Origin: Callorhinchus milii
Lineage: Eukaryota
NCBI RefSeq assembly: GCF_018977255.1
Contig: NW_024704742.1
Coordinates: forward strand, 19,098,001-19,162,000
Reading direction: 5' to 3'
Length of the DNA stretch: 64,000 bases
The notes beneath the pieces are model-generated. The model was not told the origin of the DNA. It worked only from the letters and a program-made list of their open reading frames with translations, and did no database searches. How positions within the stretch are numbered: the first letter of the stretch is position 1; each line of letters begins with the position of its first letter. Positions 12,729 through 26,957 of this stretch are shown here, piece by piece. Position numbers and translations under genes: made by a program.

Positions 12729-13646
12729 GCAATAGTTAACCCTGATAATAATGATGAAACCACCAACCTTTATCCCATTTACGTGTTATTTCCCCTTTAC
12801 CACTTTAAGCAGTACTCTTATAGAACAGACACAATACACTTGTCCTCCCATTGTTACAAGTGTGTCATTCCAGTGTAATGATGTGAGTCAAACAGTGTAA
12901 TGGGATGGTAAAAGTTATAGGATAGCCGATTTGGATGCAAATTCAAGAGTAATTTGACAAGATTGCATGCGGGAGAAATAAGATATACACAGGGTGGCTC
13001 AGGGGTGCAGAGGATGGACCAGTGACATGCTCCTTAATGGAGTATCACAGTTGAGACTCTGCCCACAATTCCCCACACATTGTGCTTGATCTTGGTGGGA
13101 AGCATTGAGTGCATGCGCAGATGACTGGAGAGTGGCATGGGCATGATACCCAGCCTCCTCACAGCCAGGGATGGAGGAGTCAGGACAGAGAAAGGCAAGA
13201 GGAAAATAACATCGAAAACAAATTTGAATGCACAAAATTTGATGATATGAATTCTGCTGAATAGGGTTTATGTTGCTCGAGCGTAGATTTCATAGTTGTA
13301 CCTAATCGCATCACACGTTGAAATGAAGTGCTAACCCAGGTCAGAAACTGAAACTTGATTGAATTTTATTCAAGCAACTGGCTTTTATTAATACACACAA
13401 ATGCATGGTTTAATCACAGAAAAGTTTTTCTTTTTTCTATAAATGTTGCAGTTTTGCAAATTTTGACCCCAAATTCTCTCTTTTCTTAGTAGAAAACGTT
13501 TTCACCCATTAATTACATTAGTTGCCAGTCTTGACTAGTTTAATATTCTATTGTTTTATTGCTCAGCAAACCAGAGAGATATCATTGCTTTTATTCTCAG
13601 TGAGTGGTTTGTTCAGTCTTATGGGCAATAGGCTCAAAGAGAAAAT

Positions 13647-13885
13647 ACAAGATCACAAGATTTGATCGGATGAAGAAGGGCCTTCGATTTGATTTCAGCC
13701 TTCTAGAATACCAACCCTATCTTCCTGCCCTGACAGATTTTTTTTAAATAAGACTAGTGTCCAGGCTCCAAACTTCCTTTCTGGCAACCTGTTCCAATTG
13801 TTAATTACCCTTTGGGTAAAGAAACAAAATGTCTAGTGCACTGAAATTGCCTTTGGCAACTCTAAACCTCTTTTCTACTGTCTTG
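13647..13885 (-). mobile_element. CR1-like LINE 3' fragment
   Basis: acaagatcacaag tail and ggcaacctgttccaattgttaattaccctttgggtaaagaa; a related copy lies at ~32340-32620. Confidence 0.55.
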
Positions 13886-15429
13886 GGAGTAAAAAAAGTG
13901 AACAGAAAAACATGCAATTTGCTGGAAAAGACTGATCCTGATCTATGAATACCCTCACTTTATCAAGGTTCTCTTTGTCAAGCAAAACTTCCCTGCATAC
14001 CAAGAATTCTGACATTCAAACATTTGAATTCAAAGTTGCAATGGAAGGAAAATTGAATCCTCTGTGCAAACTGGGATAGATTGATTTGTTTTTGGCTGTC
14101 CCTTTGTGTATTCAGTTTGAGGTTTAAGACACTCCTTAGAAAGAATGTAGGCATTCTCGTCTTCAGTGTGACATCTCTAAAAATCTCTATTGAAATCTTT
14201 ACTTCTATAAGGATTATGGGGTGAGGATTCCTAAATGAGGAGAATGGGGAGAAGGAGAACAGAGGAGAGAGAAGCATACACAGGCAGCATGACATCATTT
14301 TACAGTATATTCTGCGAAGCGCTTTGAGACATCTTGAAGACGTGATAAGGTGCTATATCTATTGCAATGATTATTATTATTATTATTTCACCTAGTCTTA
14401 ACCTAGAAGATCATTTTGTTTTAAATCTACAATGCAAAGTCTTGCAAAATTGTGGAAAATCCCTAAGTTCAATCTTATGTCGGAAGCTGGTTCCTTAAAG
14501 AATGCAGCAAGCTGGCTTCTAAATTAAGACTGATTAAAAGTAAATTTCCACAATTCTAGATGATCCTAGATTTTAAGAAATGGTTTAACAGGCTAAAATT
14601 AGGTAAAATTCTAAGCCCAGGGTAAGCAGAATTGCTTAGAATGTGTTCTTAACTAAACTTGTTCTAACTGTATTTTTTATTCATCTGCCCTACTAAAAGC
14701 TGATAGCATCCTCTGAGTGAATTATTTTTATGCTAAACGTTTCATTCTTAACTGTTAAATAAAGATAACAAAGTACCCAACAAGAGGTCACAGTCAATAA
14801 TCTGGTACTGTAACACTGATAAAAGTAAAATAAGTGATAAGGTATCAATTACTCTTAACTCATCCTCAGACTGTACTTTTTAATTGCATCTACACGGATA
14901 CTATGACAAGGGATCTATCACACACTAGTTGCTAAAAATAGCAATCTTTATATTGGAAAATCCCATGAGGAGGATGCAACAAATAAGTTTTTATTTTTAG
15001 CAATCAGCAGGTCAATAAAATACAGCTTCCAGAATTGTAGCAGCTCAGTTGGAGCTGTGATCAATCTACTACAACCTAACACAGCACAGCAGAATTTAGC
15101 TTCTGCTTTTGAGAATAACAGAATGACAAACTACAAAACCAGCAGTATTATCTCTGTAAAGATGTGCAACTTGTTTTAAAATTTGTGACGAGATAAAAGG
15201 CTGATTCAGCACAAAGTTGACTTCTGGTGGGGTCGAGCAATCGATCTAGCCGGAAGTTCAGTGCTGATTCAACCGATTTTTGCCTGTGATACAGATCAAT
15301 TTGACACTTGACACGACAGGCGCAGCTGCAGCTCTTTATTTCTTCTCTGATTGAATCTACTCAGCATTTTCTTTGGCGATGTGGATGCTTGTTCAGTTGT
15401 AGCATCTGATATACCTTATATGCAATCTG

Positions 15430-15600
15430 GCTCACCCTTTCCTGTGAGTCAGAAGGTTGTAGGTTCAAGCCTAAGTCAGGACTTTGAGTTCAGTCGAGGT
15501 TGATACTTCAATACAGTGCTGGATGGGAGTTGCATTGTTGTAAGTGCCGTCTTGTGGATGAGAAGGTAAACCGAGGATACATCTCTTTAGAGGAGTTTCT
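15430..15600 (+). mobile_element. DeuSINE 5' part (SacSINE1/AmnSINE1-like)
   Basis: gagtcagaaggttgtaggttcaag...gtgccgtcttgtggatgaga aligns to 58820-59260. Confidence 0.65.
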
Positions 15601-18600
15601 AAGCCTTTGAAGGTAGCAAAGGAACATACAGTTCTGTACATATGAATAGGAGCGTTGTGAGCATAAGGTTATAATAAACATATCTCCATTCTTGGTATCA
15701 CTGTTAGTTATTTGATGATAACTGATGGTCTAAGAGCTGAACGTTAGTTGTTTTAGTATAAATCTACTGGTAGAATAATTTTAATTTCTATTAGGTGTTT
15801 GTTGATGCTGAGATAAGTCTTAAGTTTAATTTATTTGCTAGTGCATTAGGATGTAGCTTTATTTCCCACCTTCTGGTGCCTCCAAAATGGATGCTGTGTA
15901 TTCTTCCCCTGTGCAGTATCTACTCACAATCTGGACAGAGTTTCAGGTCAGCCAACTTACTTCCTTTTGAGGCAAGATCCCGAATCTATTAAAATAAATT
16001 GGCTGGTTTCACAGCTAAAAGGAAGTAATGTTCCTTTGAAACATGCTGATTTTGAAAGAAGAAAGGGTCTGTCTTGTGTTTCTAAATCAGAGACAGTGAT
16101 TGTTTGAAATGAATAAATCTGCCCCTTTTTTTCTGAAAGGTAATAATTTATTTCGATAAATAAATGTCAGCGGTATTTTGTTTTGTTTTTTTAAGAGAAT
16201 ACTGCAGATGCTCACGCTGAGGGGGAGGATGAACACCTCGGGGTAGATGCTGCTGCTCACAGAGATGTCAACATACAAGTTGTTAAATGTGGGTCACTCA
16301 AGACTAACAATTCAGTAAACAGACAGCGGTAACACAACAGAATAAGAACAGCTGTTGGTTAGAAATGAATTTCAATGTTAAGCAGCAGACCTGCAATTCT
16401 GGAGGCCAGGTGCACCTTGATGGGAAGGGGGAGCGCTCTCTGAGTGCCTAGGAATGTGATAGATTCTGTCAAGATGATAGTTAATAAAACAAAATTAGGA
16501 ACCTGTATCCCCCAGGAGACGAGTTATGCAATACAGTAATTGTTTGAGCTGGAAAGGAGATTCATTCCTCTAAAGTTTTGTTCACAGCGGTTTACTGCAC
16601 GGGTGAAAGGAGCTAAATATCCACAGGCTGCCCCGTGAAGGACACTATATAAATACAAGTTGTTGTTGTTTACAGTTCTATCCTGTGTGAAGGATGCTAA
16701 ATTGCAAATTGTTGTTGTTGATGATGATGCTTCAGTTGAAATTAACTTAGTGCCCTGCTCTCCAGCTATAGTCTCTCCAGTGCCAGCTCAGCCCTGCCCT
16801 CATTAGTTAGTTGTTTCTTCTTTTACTGGTTCAAATAACTATGATTTATCAATATGAAATGGATCTCACCTGGAAGCCTTGTGGTTTGGTCTCCATGATT
16901 CACTTCATTTCTATTGACTCAAGAGCATTGAACACAGAGCTTCATGATGAAACATGGTGACATCATTTTGGGAGATATGGTAACCAATGGCCATGTTAAG
17001 ATGACTAACTCTAAAGTCACACTATGCCCAGGTATAGGTCAGAGCCCAACTCTTACTATGTTCCTATAATTTGAACAGGTCATTACTATTGGTATTTCTT
17101 TGTCCTCACGGTAACTAAAATGAGGATCAGGTCTTCTCATTCCTGTTTTTTGTCCAGTTCTCCCTTCGGATATGTTGTGGGCATAGATGTTGGTTGGGGA
17201 CAGAAATAAGCTAGTATATGATGTCTCCAAGCATAAATATTGTACCAACACTCAATGTCTTAGGCTCACACATGAATAAAGTCAGTCGGGTGATGATTAG
17301 GAGCAGGGAGGCAGCTGATGCCCATGGAACCATACCCTGGAATGAATCATGGGAGGGAATTACTTGGCTCTTGACTGTTTGTGGGATCTGACTGGCACAA
17401 ATTGCCACAGTGTTTTCCTATAAGTATAGTGTCTATACTTGACATTATCTAATTGTGAAGCACTTTGAGATGTTTTAATCTTATTAGACACTTCAAAATT
17501 GCAAGTTATTTCTTTATCCATCTTAATAACCAATGTATTGAATGAAATTGCAGCACTTTGTATCTCATCTTCATACAGTGACAGTCTCCTGAAAGAACAA
17601 TGGCTTTTGACAAATGTAGCAAAATAAATATTGAATCATAGAACTTTACAGGACTGAATGTGCTTTGAAAGAGCAAACCATTCAGTCTCATTTATCTGCA
17701 TTTTCCTCATACTCTTGCAAACTATGTTTTAGAAATCTATCTAGTTATCTCTTGAAAATTAATATGATTCTGATCTCAATCACTGCTCCCAAAAGCATTT
17801 CACATCCTAAAAATCCTCTGTGTAAAATAAATCCTCCTAATCTCGCCCCTTTAATTTGGTAATTATCTTAAATTGATTTTGCCAAGTAACAACACCAACT
17901 TACATTTACATAGCATCCTTCACACGGGGTCGTGTTCCGAAGTGCTTAAACTAACTAGTAAGTGACTCCAGTGGAAATAATACCAGTACGTTGCTCTATA
18001 AAGGCAGTGGAGCTGATCAACTTGAGCATGTCCTTTGATATTAGATCTGTTTCAATTGGATGTCTCCAAGTGAGTGGTTATTGCCAAGGTCATGCTTTGC
18101 CTCAGTCCTGCAATAACCAGAGCTCACTATGGTCTGAAATGAGTGTCTGCAGTTACATCACAATAAACAAACAGCAATTCAGCTCAGATCCCAGGCTTAC
18201 TACAAATAGTCACCTACAAATGTTAGGTCACTATACATAGCGGCCATTACTCTGAAGTGCTTTGAGATGTTTCAAGACATTGCACCAAATGTAAGGATTA
18301 TTATTTCAATACAGTATAAACATGCAATCATATTCAAACAAGTGCCTCTACAGAGTGAGGTCTAATTTGTGATCTAGGAAGTCAGAATAGTAAAAATAAC
18401 GACTCTGTAGATAGGATAGAAATTGTCAAAGGGGGAAGCTGAAACAGATCTAGGGGTGTTAGTTAACTCATTGCTCACTATGTCAAAACACTGTAAGGCA
18501 GCAATAAATAAAAGAAACCAGATGGAGGGCTATATTGCTAAATCAGTTAAGTTTAGATCCCAGACATCCTACGCAAGCTAGATCTTAAAGTATTTCACAA

Positions 18601-20344
18601 TGTTTATTGTAAAGTGTAGTGACTGTATTTTGTAGGCAATTTGGAATTAAAAAGCAACTGGAACTTGCACAATCAACTCTTTATTTTATCTCAGAACTTC
18701 CTGATCTGAATCCAAGGTAAATGAGTTCTCAGTTTATTGACAAATATTTACTGAATAACTCAATAGATTTGAAGCCATGGAACCGACTACAGAGTCTGAT
18801 AGTCTAACATCATTTACATTTCATAGCTAATACAATACTTGTGTGTTTCTAAAAGGATAACTGCAGATTATCAGCATTTCGGTGAAAATACAATTAATTT
18901 TTTTTAGACATAGCATTTCAGTATCAATTCACTCGGAAATGGAGAAATGCATTTTTTTAAAGTTCTCCACCATCATAGAGTGGTGAATGTCAAGCCGATA
19001 ACAGTCCAGATAGATGGTGTTAAATAATTAGTGTTCCTCCTAACCACTTTATTGCTTCAACCGCTTGTTTCATCAGTAATTGATCTACTTCAGAGTGCTT
19101 ACCTTGGACATGTATAAAGTGTTCTTATACATTTCATACATTATATAATGCGTTGAACCACTAAAAGCCTAGATCAAATTTAACCATGAAGGTGGTGATG
19201 TCTCAGTTCATTTGTAAGAGAGATTCAGCTGAAGAAGTCCCTTTAGTCCATTTTCATCTCGGCCTTATGGAATTAAAACCCTTCCCGCTCCCGAATCAAC
19301 CTGTTTCTTATGTAAGTTCAGTCTTTTCACTTTAATCATTCTTTTGGTGAGCCCATTCCAGACATCAATCATCCTCTGCGCAAAGAAATCCTATCATTGT
19401 ATCTGTTCTAACATTGCCCTCCACAATCCTAAGCATGTGCTGCTGGCTTGGCATATCTAAAAGTATTGTCCTGGGATTACATTATCCCATTTGACCCATA
19501 TATATATAGCTGCACCTGAGGATTTTTCAGTGCTGTTACTATTCCAATTGCAGAGATACGCAGTTGAGTGCAGCTGAACCAGGACACCAGCTGAAAGCAG
19601 AACTCAAATGTTGCCTCCAAGATCTAAAACTGAGCTGCAATCAGTGTTCCTGAAAAACAAGCATTTTTTAAAGAAAATAAAGGAAGAAAGAACAATCTAT
19701 TGTGCTTCATGTCATCATGGGGAAGGATGCTCAGTACTAGGTGATTGAGGATTGACTTGAAATTTGGGACATTTCCTGAAGCCTTGTTTCCTCCTCAAAT
19801 ATATTATTATAAACAGCACAAATTTCTCCGCACCAAATTTAATCCCAATTGGGAAATTTAGCTTTTCTGTGGGTCGTACATCCAGTTTCATATTTTGATA
19901 CTTCCCCTGATTATCATTATTATTTATTTTTAGCCAAATTAGAAGGCAATGATTGTTTATTCTTAAATTGTAAAACATTTTGTTTAATGAAGCTTTTTGC
20001 TCTTAAAGCACAAGGGCTCTGGATTCCACCTGTCATTTGGTCTTTAACATTTAAGACAGGATTGTGGAAAATTCTTCATTTCAATTTGGCAGTTGATTAT
20101 TTGTAAGAACTGCAGGCAATCAGCTTTCAAATTAAAATAAATGTAAGAACCTTCCACAATTATATACAACTTTAGACAAATGGTGTTACAAGCTAAGACT
20201 AGGAGATCAAGCCTGAGAATTTTACACTGGGAATTTTCCTATTGCTGACCCCAGCGTTAGCATGAAGCCCATTAAAGCACTTCCAAGTCAGGCACAGAAT
20301 GGCATGATGCTGAGTAAAGGTTCCTCTGCTCTGTCCTTCAAGGT

Positions 20345-21168
20345 TCTGTCCTTGCCTGGTTCAGGTCCTACCTTTCACACCACCTCCACTTTGTTGGGGC
20401 AAACGGCTTCTCCTCCAGCTCCCACACCGTCTCGTGCGGTGTTCCTCAGGGCTCTGTCCTCGGTCCCCTCCTCTTCATTCTCTGCATGCTCCCCCTTGGT
20501 CACATCATCCGTAGACATGGGGTAAATTTCCACATGTATGTGGATGACACCCAACTCTATCTCTCTGCTTCCACCCTGAACTCCAGGACTACTGGCGTCC
20601 TGAACGACTGCCTGTCCGACATCAAGTCCTGGACGAGTCAGCAAGACGAGGCCCTCCTGATTGGCTCACACCAGCGCCTCCGCACCTCGGGCGCTGGCAG
20701 CACACTCAACCTCACTAAGTCAGTCAGGAACCTGGGTACCGACTCCATTGGCTCCCCATTCCTCAGAGGATCAAATTCAAGATCCTTGTCCTCACTTCCT
20801 ACCTCTCTGATCTGCTGACTCCCTACCAACCTATTCATTCCCTCCGTTCAGTGGGCTCCGGTCTGCTCCATGTTTCCCTCCCGACCCACCCTACTATCGG
20901 TGGCCGGGCTTTCAGCCTCTCTGCTCCCACACTCTGGAACTCCGTCCCACAGTCCCTTTGCCTCGCTTCCTCCTTTGCCTCCTTCAAGGCCGGTCTCAAG
21001 ACCCTTCTCTCCGATTGTGCCTTCAGTCGCCCTCCCACCTCTCTGCCTTCCCTCCCCCCTACCCCACCCCTCCCCCATGCTTGGGTCCCAACCCCTGACT
21101 GTTCAACGCTTTGGGATGTCCTCCTGATGTGAAAGGTGCTCTATAAATGTAATTTTGTTGTTGTTGTT
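20345..21168 (+). mobile_element. L2 LINE, 5'-truncated and internally deleted
   Basis: [14 protein letters not shown] block, [27 protein letters not shown], (TTG)n tail. Confidence 0.9.
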
Positions 21169-23089
21169 GTCCAAACAGTATGACTTCATCCTCTATTCAG
21201 GTGACACCCCCCACCCTCCCAATCAATGGCAGATTGTCCATTTTCGTTGAGGTATTTCTCAGTAAGATTATGTAAGAGGCAGCACACATTCATCAGGAAT
21301 TGGTTTGACGTGACCTAACTTCAATCCTGGAGGAACCTTAACAGCCAACAGACAGAGAAGACTTTTCCCATCCCATCAATCTGGGTTGGATTCAAACTCT
21401 GAGTCCAAAACTATGCTAATCAATTATATAACACAATCCTTCAAGGGATGTTTAACTGTTGGATATATATTTTATATATATATATTCTATTGCCAGTGTT
21501 GCTGGTTTCAGATTCATGCAAAACAGCAAACTGGTGAGCTCAAATGGATTCCTCTCGGAGATTACATTTCTTCACTTGGATTTGGTTAACAAAATGCAAA
21601 CTCCTGTTATTATACTGACATGACATTGAATGTTCCTAAAAATGCCATGCTTTCTGGTTTGGTGTATATACAAATGCTGAATTATCTGTGAAATTGGTGA
21701 CAATATATGACATTTACAGGAATTTGAAATGAGGTATACAATAAATAATTATTATAATAATGCAACGCAAAATGTGTATTATAGACATTATAATATGTAA
21801 TAGGAATGAAAATATACATTTATCATTTAATTACTTTTTTTACTTTGGATCATTTTGCAGACCATTTACATTTGAAATTGTCAATCTATTAGGTTTCATT
21901 ACTTGCAGAAAATGAATTTCTGTGAATGAAACACGAATTGTGATTGTCATCTAACTATGCATCCTCACTGAATAATAATTCCACATAAATGCATCGAGCC
22001 TAAGGATGGTTCACTCACTGGCAGTCTGTGGACTCAGTTATAGGCAGCTTGAAGGCTTTGCGTAGTTCAGTGTCATACTTTCACCCCAAGGGCTGTGAGT
22101 TCAAATTGCAGCCTCAAATAAAATTCAAATTTGCTACCTTCCATACCTATGTTAAGCAGAATTTTTTAAAAATTGTAAACCCCAAGTGCCGTTTTACCCA
22201 CAAAACATAGTCAGTTAACTTTGCAGTATATTTTGTGAAGTGCTTGGAGACATCACAAAGACCCTATACCAAAAGCAAAGATCATCATTATTATTCTTAT
22301 AGAGGGGCAGTTTTAGAAAAGGATAGGCAACAGTTTAGGTGTGATCCTTCATTAAAACTGTTGTCTCACTCATACCTTTGTCTTTGCACACAAATACCTG
22401 TCTGTGCTGAGTTAGCTATTCTAAGCTAGGCTGCAGTTGAGGCTCATCAATTGGACCCTGTACCCCTGTATTAACAAGCTGAGTCCTTCATTAATCTTAT
22501 AACAATGTTTGGGAAATTGAGCTTAACAAAAATAAAAGCATCCTCTTGGAGCATAATCATCGTTGAAGACGTTGAAACTTGGAGGACTTTTATGAAGCAA
22601 GCCTAATATTATTAATTTTGTTCCAGTGGATTAATTTACCAGCATATTGGTCAAAGTGCTCTGAATCCTGCACATTAATAGTATAGGTAGACTACAATTT
22701 GGTACTAAATGACATATCTTTTTTTAATGAGATCGTTGAGAAAATAATCACACAGTAAGGCTAATGATGAGGCACACAGCTGAGTGACCGGAATCTGTCA
22801 CTTTGAATATGAAATACAACGGTGGCAAAGCTGCCTTTCTCAATTGTTCAACAGTCCCACATTAAATGACTGCAGCTACCAGTTCTAAAGCTTGTTAAGC
22901 AGTCATGGTGCCAGTTGCTATTTTTGAAGTCTTTCTTAGGCCTTCAATAAAAATACCAATAAAAATAAAAATAAGTTCCAACAGAGCAGAGTTTGGGGTA
23001 ATTTTTCTCACATTTGCAGGATGGATTTAGATGAAAAGAGGCAAATAGTGTGATGCTATTCTACCGAATGGGTACTAGATAAATATAAC

Positions 23090-23463
23090 AATAATAATAA
23101 TAATCCTTTCATTTAATATAGTGCCTTATCATGTCTTCGAGACATCACAAAGTGCTTCATAGAATATACTGTAAAGTGAATTGACTATATTTTGTTGGCG
23201 AAACACGACAACCAATTGTGCACAGCAGTATCCCACAAACAGTTGTGGATTGAGTGACCAAATTATTATTTTTAAATTTATTTTATTTAAAGGAATTATT
23301 ACCCCCGGATAAGCGATCCGCCAATCAACTTGCCTACTTACTGCTAGGTTAACAGCGCTGTGTAGAGTAAGAAAACTTGCCCAATGTTTTGCGCTGCCTG
23401 GGAATCAACCCAGGTACTCTCGCTTGCGAGATGAGTGCAACAACCAATAAGCTACAGGACTCC
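23090..23463 (-). mobile_element. tRNA-derived SINE, long subfamily
   Basis: Full-length reverse copy of the 813/7356 family. Confidence 0.88.
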
Positions 23464-24049
23464 ATAGTTGCTGTTGTAATATTAGATTTACCATGTTCAA
23501 TATGTTAGTCTATGTACACACACATCTGTTGAAGAACAACATGCACGAATCAAGATTAATGTTACTGTTTATGTGTACGTTCTTAGAGTTTAGAGTTTAT
23601 AACAGAAACAGCTTGCACCCAATATGTTGCCACACTGGACAGTTTTCAGGAAAATGGTTTAGTCAACAGTCCACAGTGTGCTTTTCTGTTCATTTCTTTT
23701 ACTCTCACCGTGACATTGTTTTACATTCACCATTACATCATGCTTGAGTGGCAAAAGAAACAGGAGAAAGAAAAAGAGGAAAAGAGAGGAGACATTTCAG
23801 ACACCTTTTTAAACATGACATTTGGAAAATGACTCAGTTCCTTTTGTGAGCTGGTGTGTGACACGATGGAAGACTCAAGCTGTCATTAAAACTGTTCCTA
23901 ACAGTCAAGAAGCTTGCCATCATCACACCTTAGCTAAAGGGAATGAAGACTCTACATGCAGATTTTTTTCTACAGAGCAATATAGAAGATTGCTCTGCTG
24001 AAGAAAATCTTGCTCTAGATTATCTCATCTGTAGAGTTGCATTTAGCAC

Positions 24050-24630
24050 TCTTTCCTTTACTTTCGCAACATTGCCCGCCTCTGCCAATGCCTCTCCCCC
24101 CAAGGCTGTTAAGACCTGAATCCACACCATCAATCACCTTCAGGCTCTAAAAACAAATGTCCTACTCATTGCACTCTCCATCTTATCCCTACACAAGCTG
24201 AGGCTATCCAAAACTCTATGGCTCATGTCATCTCCTGCAATAAACTGCACAAGTCCATTGTCCTCATCTTTGTCTGGATCCATTGGCTCTCCATCCCTCA
24301 GAGGATCAATTCAAAATTCTCGTCCTCACTTTCAAATATCTCCTTAGCCTTGTCCCAACCTATCTCTGTGACCTCCTGCAATCCTACTGCCCTGGATACT
24401 CCCTCCTCTCAGTAAACATGGTCTGTTTCATGACCCCCATCTGCTCCATTCCACCATCGGTGGGTGAGTTTTCAGCCATTCTACTCTCATTCTCAGGAAC
24501 TCCATCCCAAAGTATCTCCACCTTCTCCCTTCCTTCCCTGCCTCCAAAGTCCTGCTTAAGAACTATCTTTTGACCATGCTTACATCATCTTTTCCTCCCT
24601 TCTTCAGTTCTGCCCTAGCTCGGGGTCCGA
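24050..24630 (+). mobile_element. L2 LINE 3' fragment (old)
   Basis: HWLSIPQRIN / FKILVLTFK...PTYLCDLL remnants. Confidence 0.75.
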
Positions 24631-24824
24631 GTTTATAAAGTGAACCATTTTCAGATAAAAAAATAATCCTTGCATTTGATATAGCACCTTATCATGTCTT
24701 CGAGATGTTGCAAAACTCTTCACAGAATATACTGCAAAATGAATTGACTGTATATTTTGTGAGCGAAATTGCAGATGTCCTCACATTGTGAAAGAGTTAT
24801 GATATGTAAATATGTAAATAAGCG

Positions 24825-24922
24825 TTCTACCGAAAAGTCATTGACCTGAAATATTAACTCAATTTCCTCTCTCCATGGATGCTACCTGACCTGCTTCGTG
24901 TTCCCAGCAACTTTGGTGTTTA
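24825..24922 (+). mobile_element. Penelope-like terminal-repeat fragment (tentative)
   Basis: Homologous to 41625-41720 (tgacctgaa...ctctccatggatgctacctgacctgct...ttcccagca); family assignment from recalled shark repeats. Confidence 0.45.
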
Positions 24923-26957
24923 TACTATGTAAATTGTTGTTGCTTTTATTAGATTCAATCTTGTCACTTGGTCTACTTTGAGCCCAGGGTTGGGATCTTA
25001 CAATGCCCCCCCCCACCCACCTGTCTCAGAGCTGTCCCCAGAAACCAACTCAAGGATCCTGCCTTCTGGGTCATCAGTGCCCTCAGCAGTAGAACTCTCC
25101 AACCCTTTGTCCTCCAGGCCTCCAACATTGACCTGAACCCTCCACCTGCAATCCCCCAGGTCAAATTGCTGCCTTGTTCAGCCACAAAATACAAAGTCAG
25201 ACCACTTTACCATACATCCTGTAAAATGCTTTGAGATGTCTCAACAAATGATAAGGCGTTATATCAAATGCAAGAATTTTCAATTACAATATGCAATTGC
25301 AATATTTCAAAGTAAAATAGTTCAGAGTGAAAAATAATACAATTACAAATCCAATGGAAATAATTTCTGAAAAAGGAATAAAAATGATTTTGAGCAAAAT
25401 TTGGGTGGTGGAGTGCCAAAAGAGTTCGGTAACAAATACTTAACCACAATCAATATTCCTAACTCAGTTTAGTATTAAATGCCTGTAATGGAACAGTGTT
25501 ACCAGTTTTAATTGTCTTGCAAGATGAGAGGTCCTATTTACAAAACAAAGATGCATAATGGGCAGTTCTGATATAGTTGCACACCCAGGAGCCAATCTAA
25601 TATTATTTAAGGATGCAAAAGGGAAATCATTTTTCACCTTATATTATGCTTCGTAATTTCAAGAGAATGTGCTATTTGTTTTGCTACCAATAGAGAGATA
25701 GTGTCAAAATCACAATAAAACCAATGTTGTTTGCTGCACTGAGTGGCTGCTATTTAAAGAGAAACACCACAGAGTCTTAAGCTTGGTTACAGCCATTTCT
25801 GTCTCACAAGTTGCTGGTTAATCACGCTGTTGACTGAATGGTGAGATTTTCCGATGGTAATACGATGATTGGGGGCCTCTCTGAACCCTTGCTGTTCCTG
25901 TTTTGACGACAGAATATTTGCTTTTATATGAGTACATGTCATCACGCAAAATCAGAACCGCTTACTCAATTACTCCCTGAATCTTCACGGGGCACAAAAG
26001 CTGCATCAGTTCAGAGCAGCAAATACAGAGACTCCATTATACCATCATGCTGGATTGCCTAGCAACAGAGAGGGCTCTTGATTTTCTAAGGATTCTAACA
26101 GAAACATAAAGTCAACGCCTAAAAGCTTCTTACTTTATTCTTCTTACTTTGGTTTTCTTTTTGTTCCTTCTGCTTAACTTTTCTTTCATTTAATTTGACG
26201 CTATTCTTGTTGTCTGTGCATTCTTTCATCCCTCCCAAGTTAAAGACAAATGAAATATTCAATATGCTTATGTTATCCATCGTTCCCTGTTGATTTCTAT
26301 GCAGAGGAGTTGCCTCTTATCTAGATTTCCCCCCACACTTCTGCCCCCAAGCAAAACATTCCTTTGTCGATTTATTCCTATTGAAAAAAACAAAAGAACA
26401 ACTGTCACCACCTGACAGCTATGTGTTCAAGATGTCTGTAGCCCTACTTAAAATTTACATGAAGTGAAAAAGAATCTATCAAAAATATTCAAACACAATT
26501 TCAAAATGATTATCACCAGAACAAAAGAAAGGGGAGGTTGGGAGAATTTTTTTTCTCTACACAGAAGGTTATTAGAATATTCAATGCCTTTCCGGGAATA
26601 TTTGAAAGCTAAGACTAGAACAGCATTTATTGGACAAATACGTGGGGGTAAATAAATAAATAAATAAAATAAAAATTCTTATGTTTGGTATAGACATCCC
26701 AAAGCACTTCAAAGGATATTATGTAAAGTGCAGCAGCTGTGTGTTTTGTGGCAATAATATTAACGTATATATGGGAAGGAGAAAGTGAATGGAATTAGAG
26801 CAGATCGCTCCAAAGGGGAACATAGAACCAGCAGAACATGATGCTATCAACTTTTCTATGATTTCTATAACTATGTTATTACTTTCATAATTATTGCAAT
26901 ATTCAATGATTTAACAAGGTTGTATGAAAGCTAAGTCTAGAACAGCATCTAAACATA

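Noticed and set aside
21220..21430. LF-SINE-like fragment on the minus strand
   Set aside because: Only a short, heavily decayed resemblance; not supportable without an alignment.
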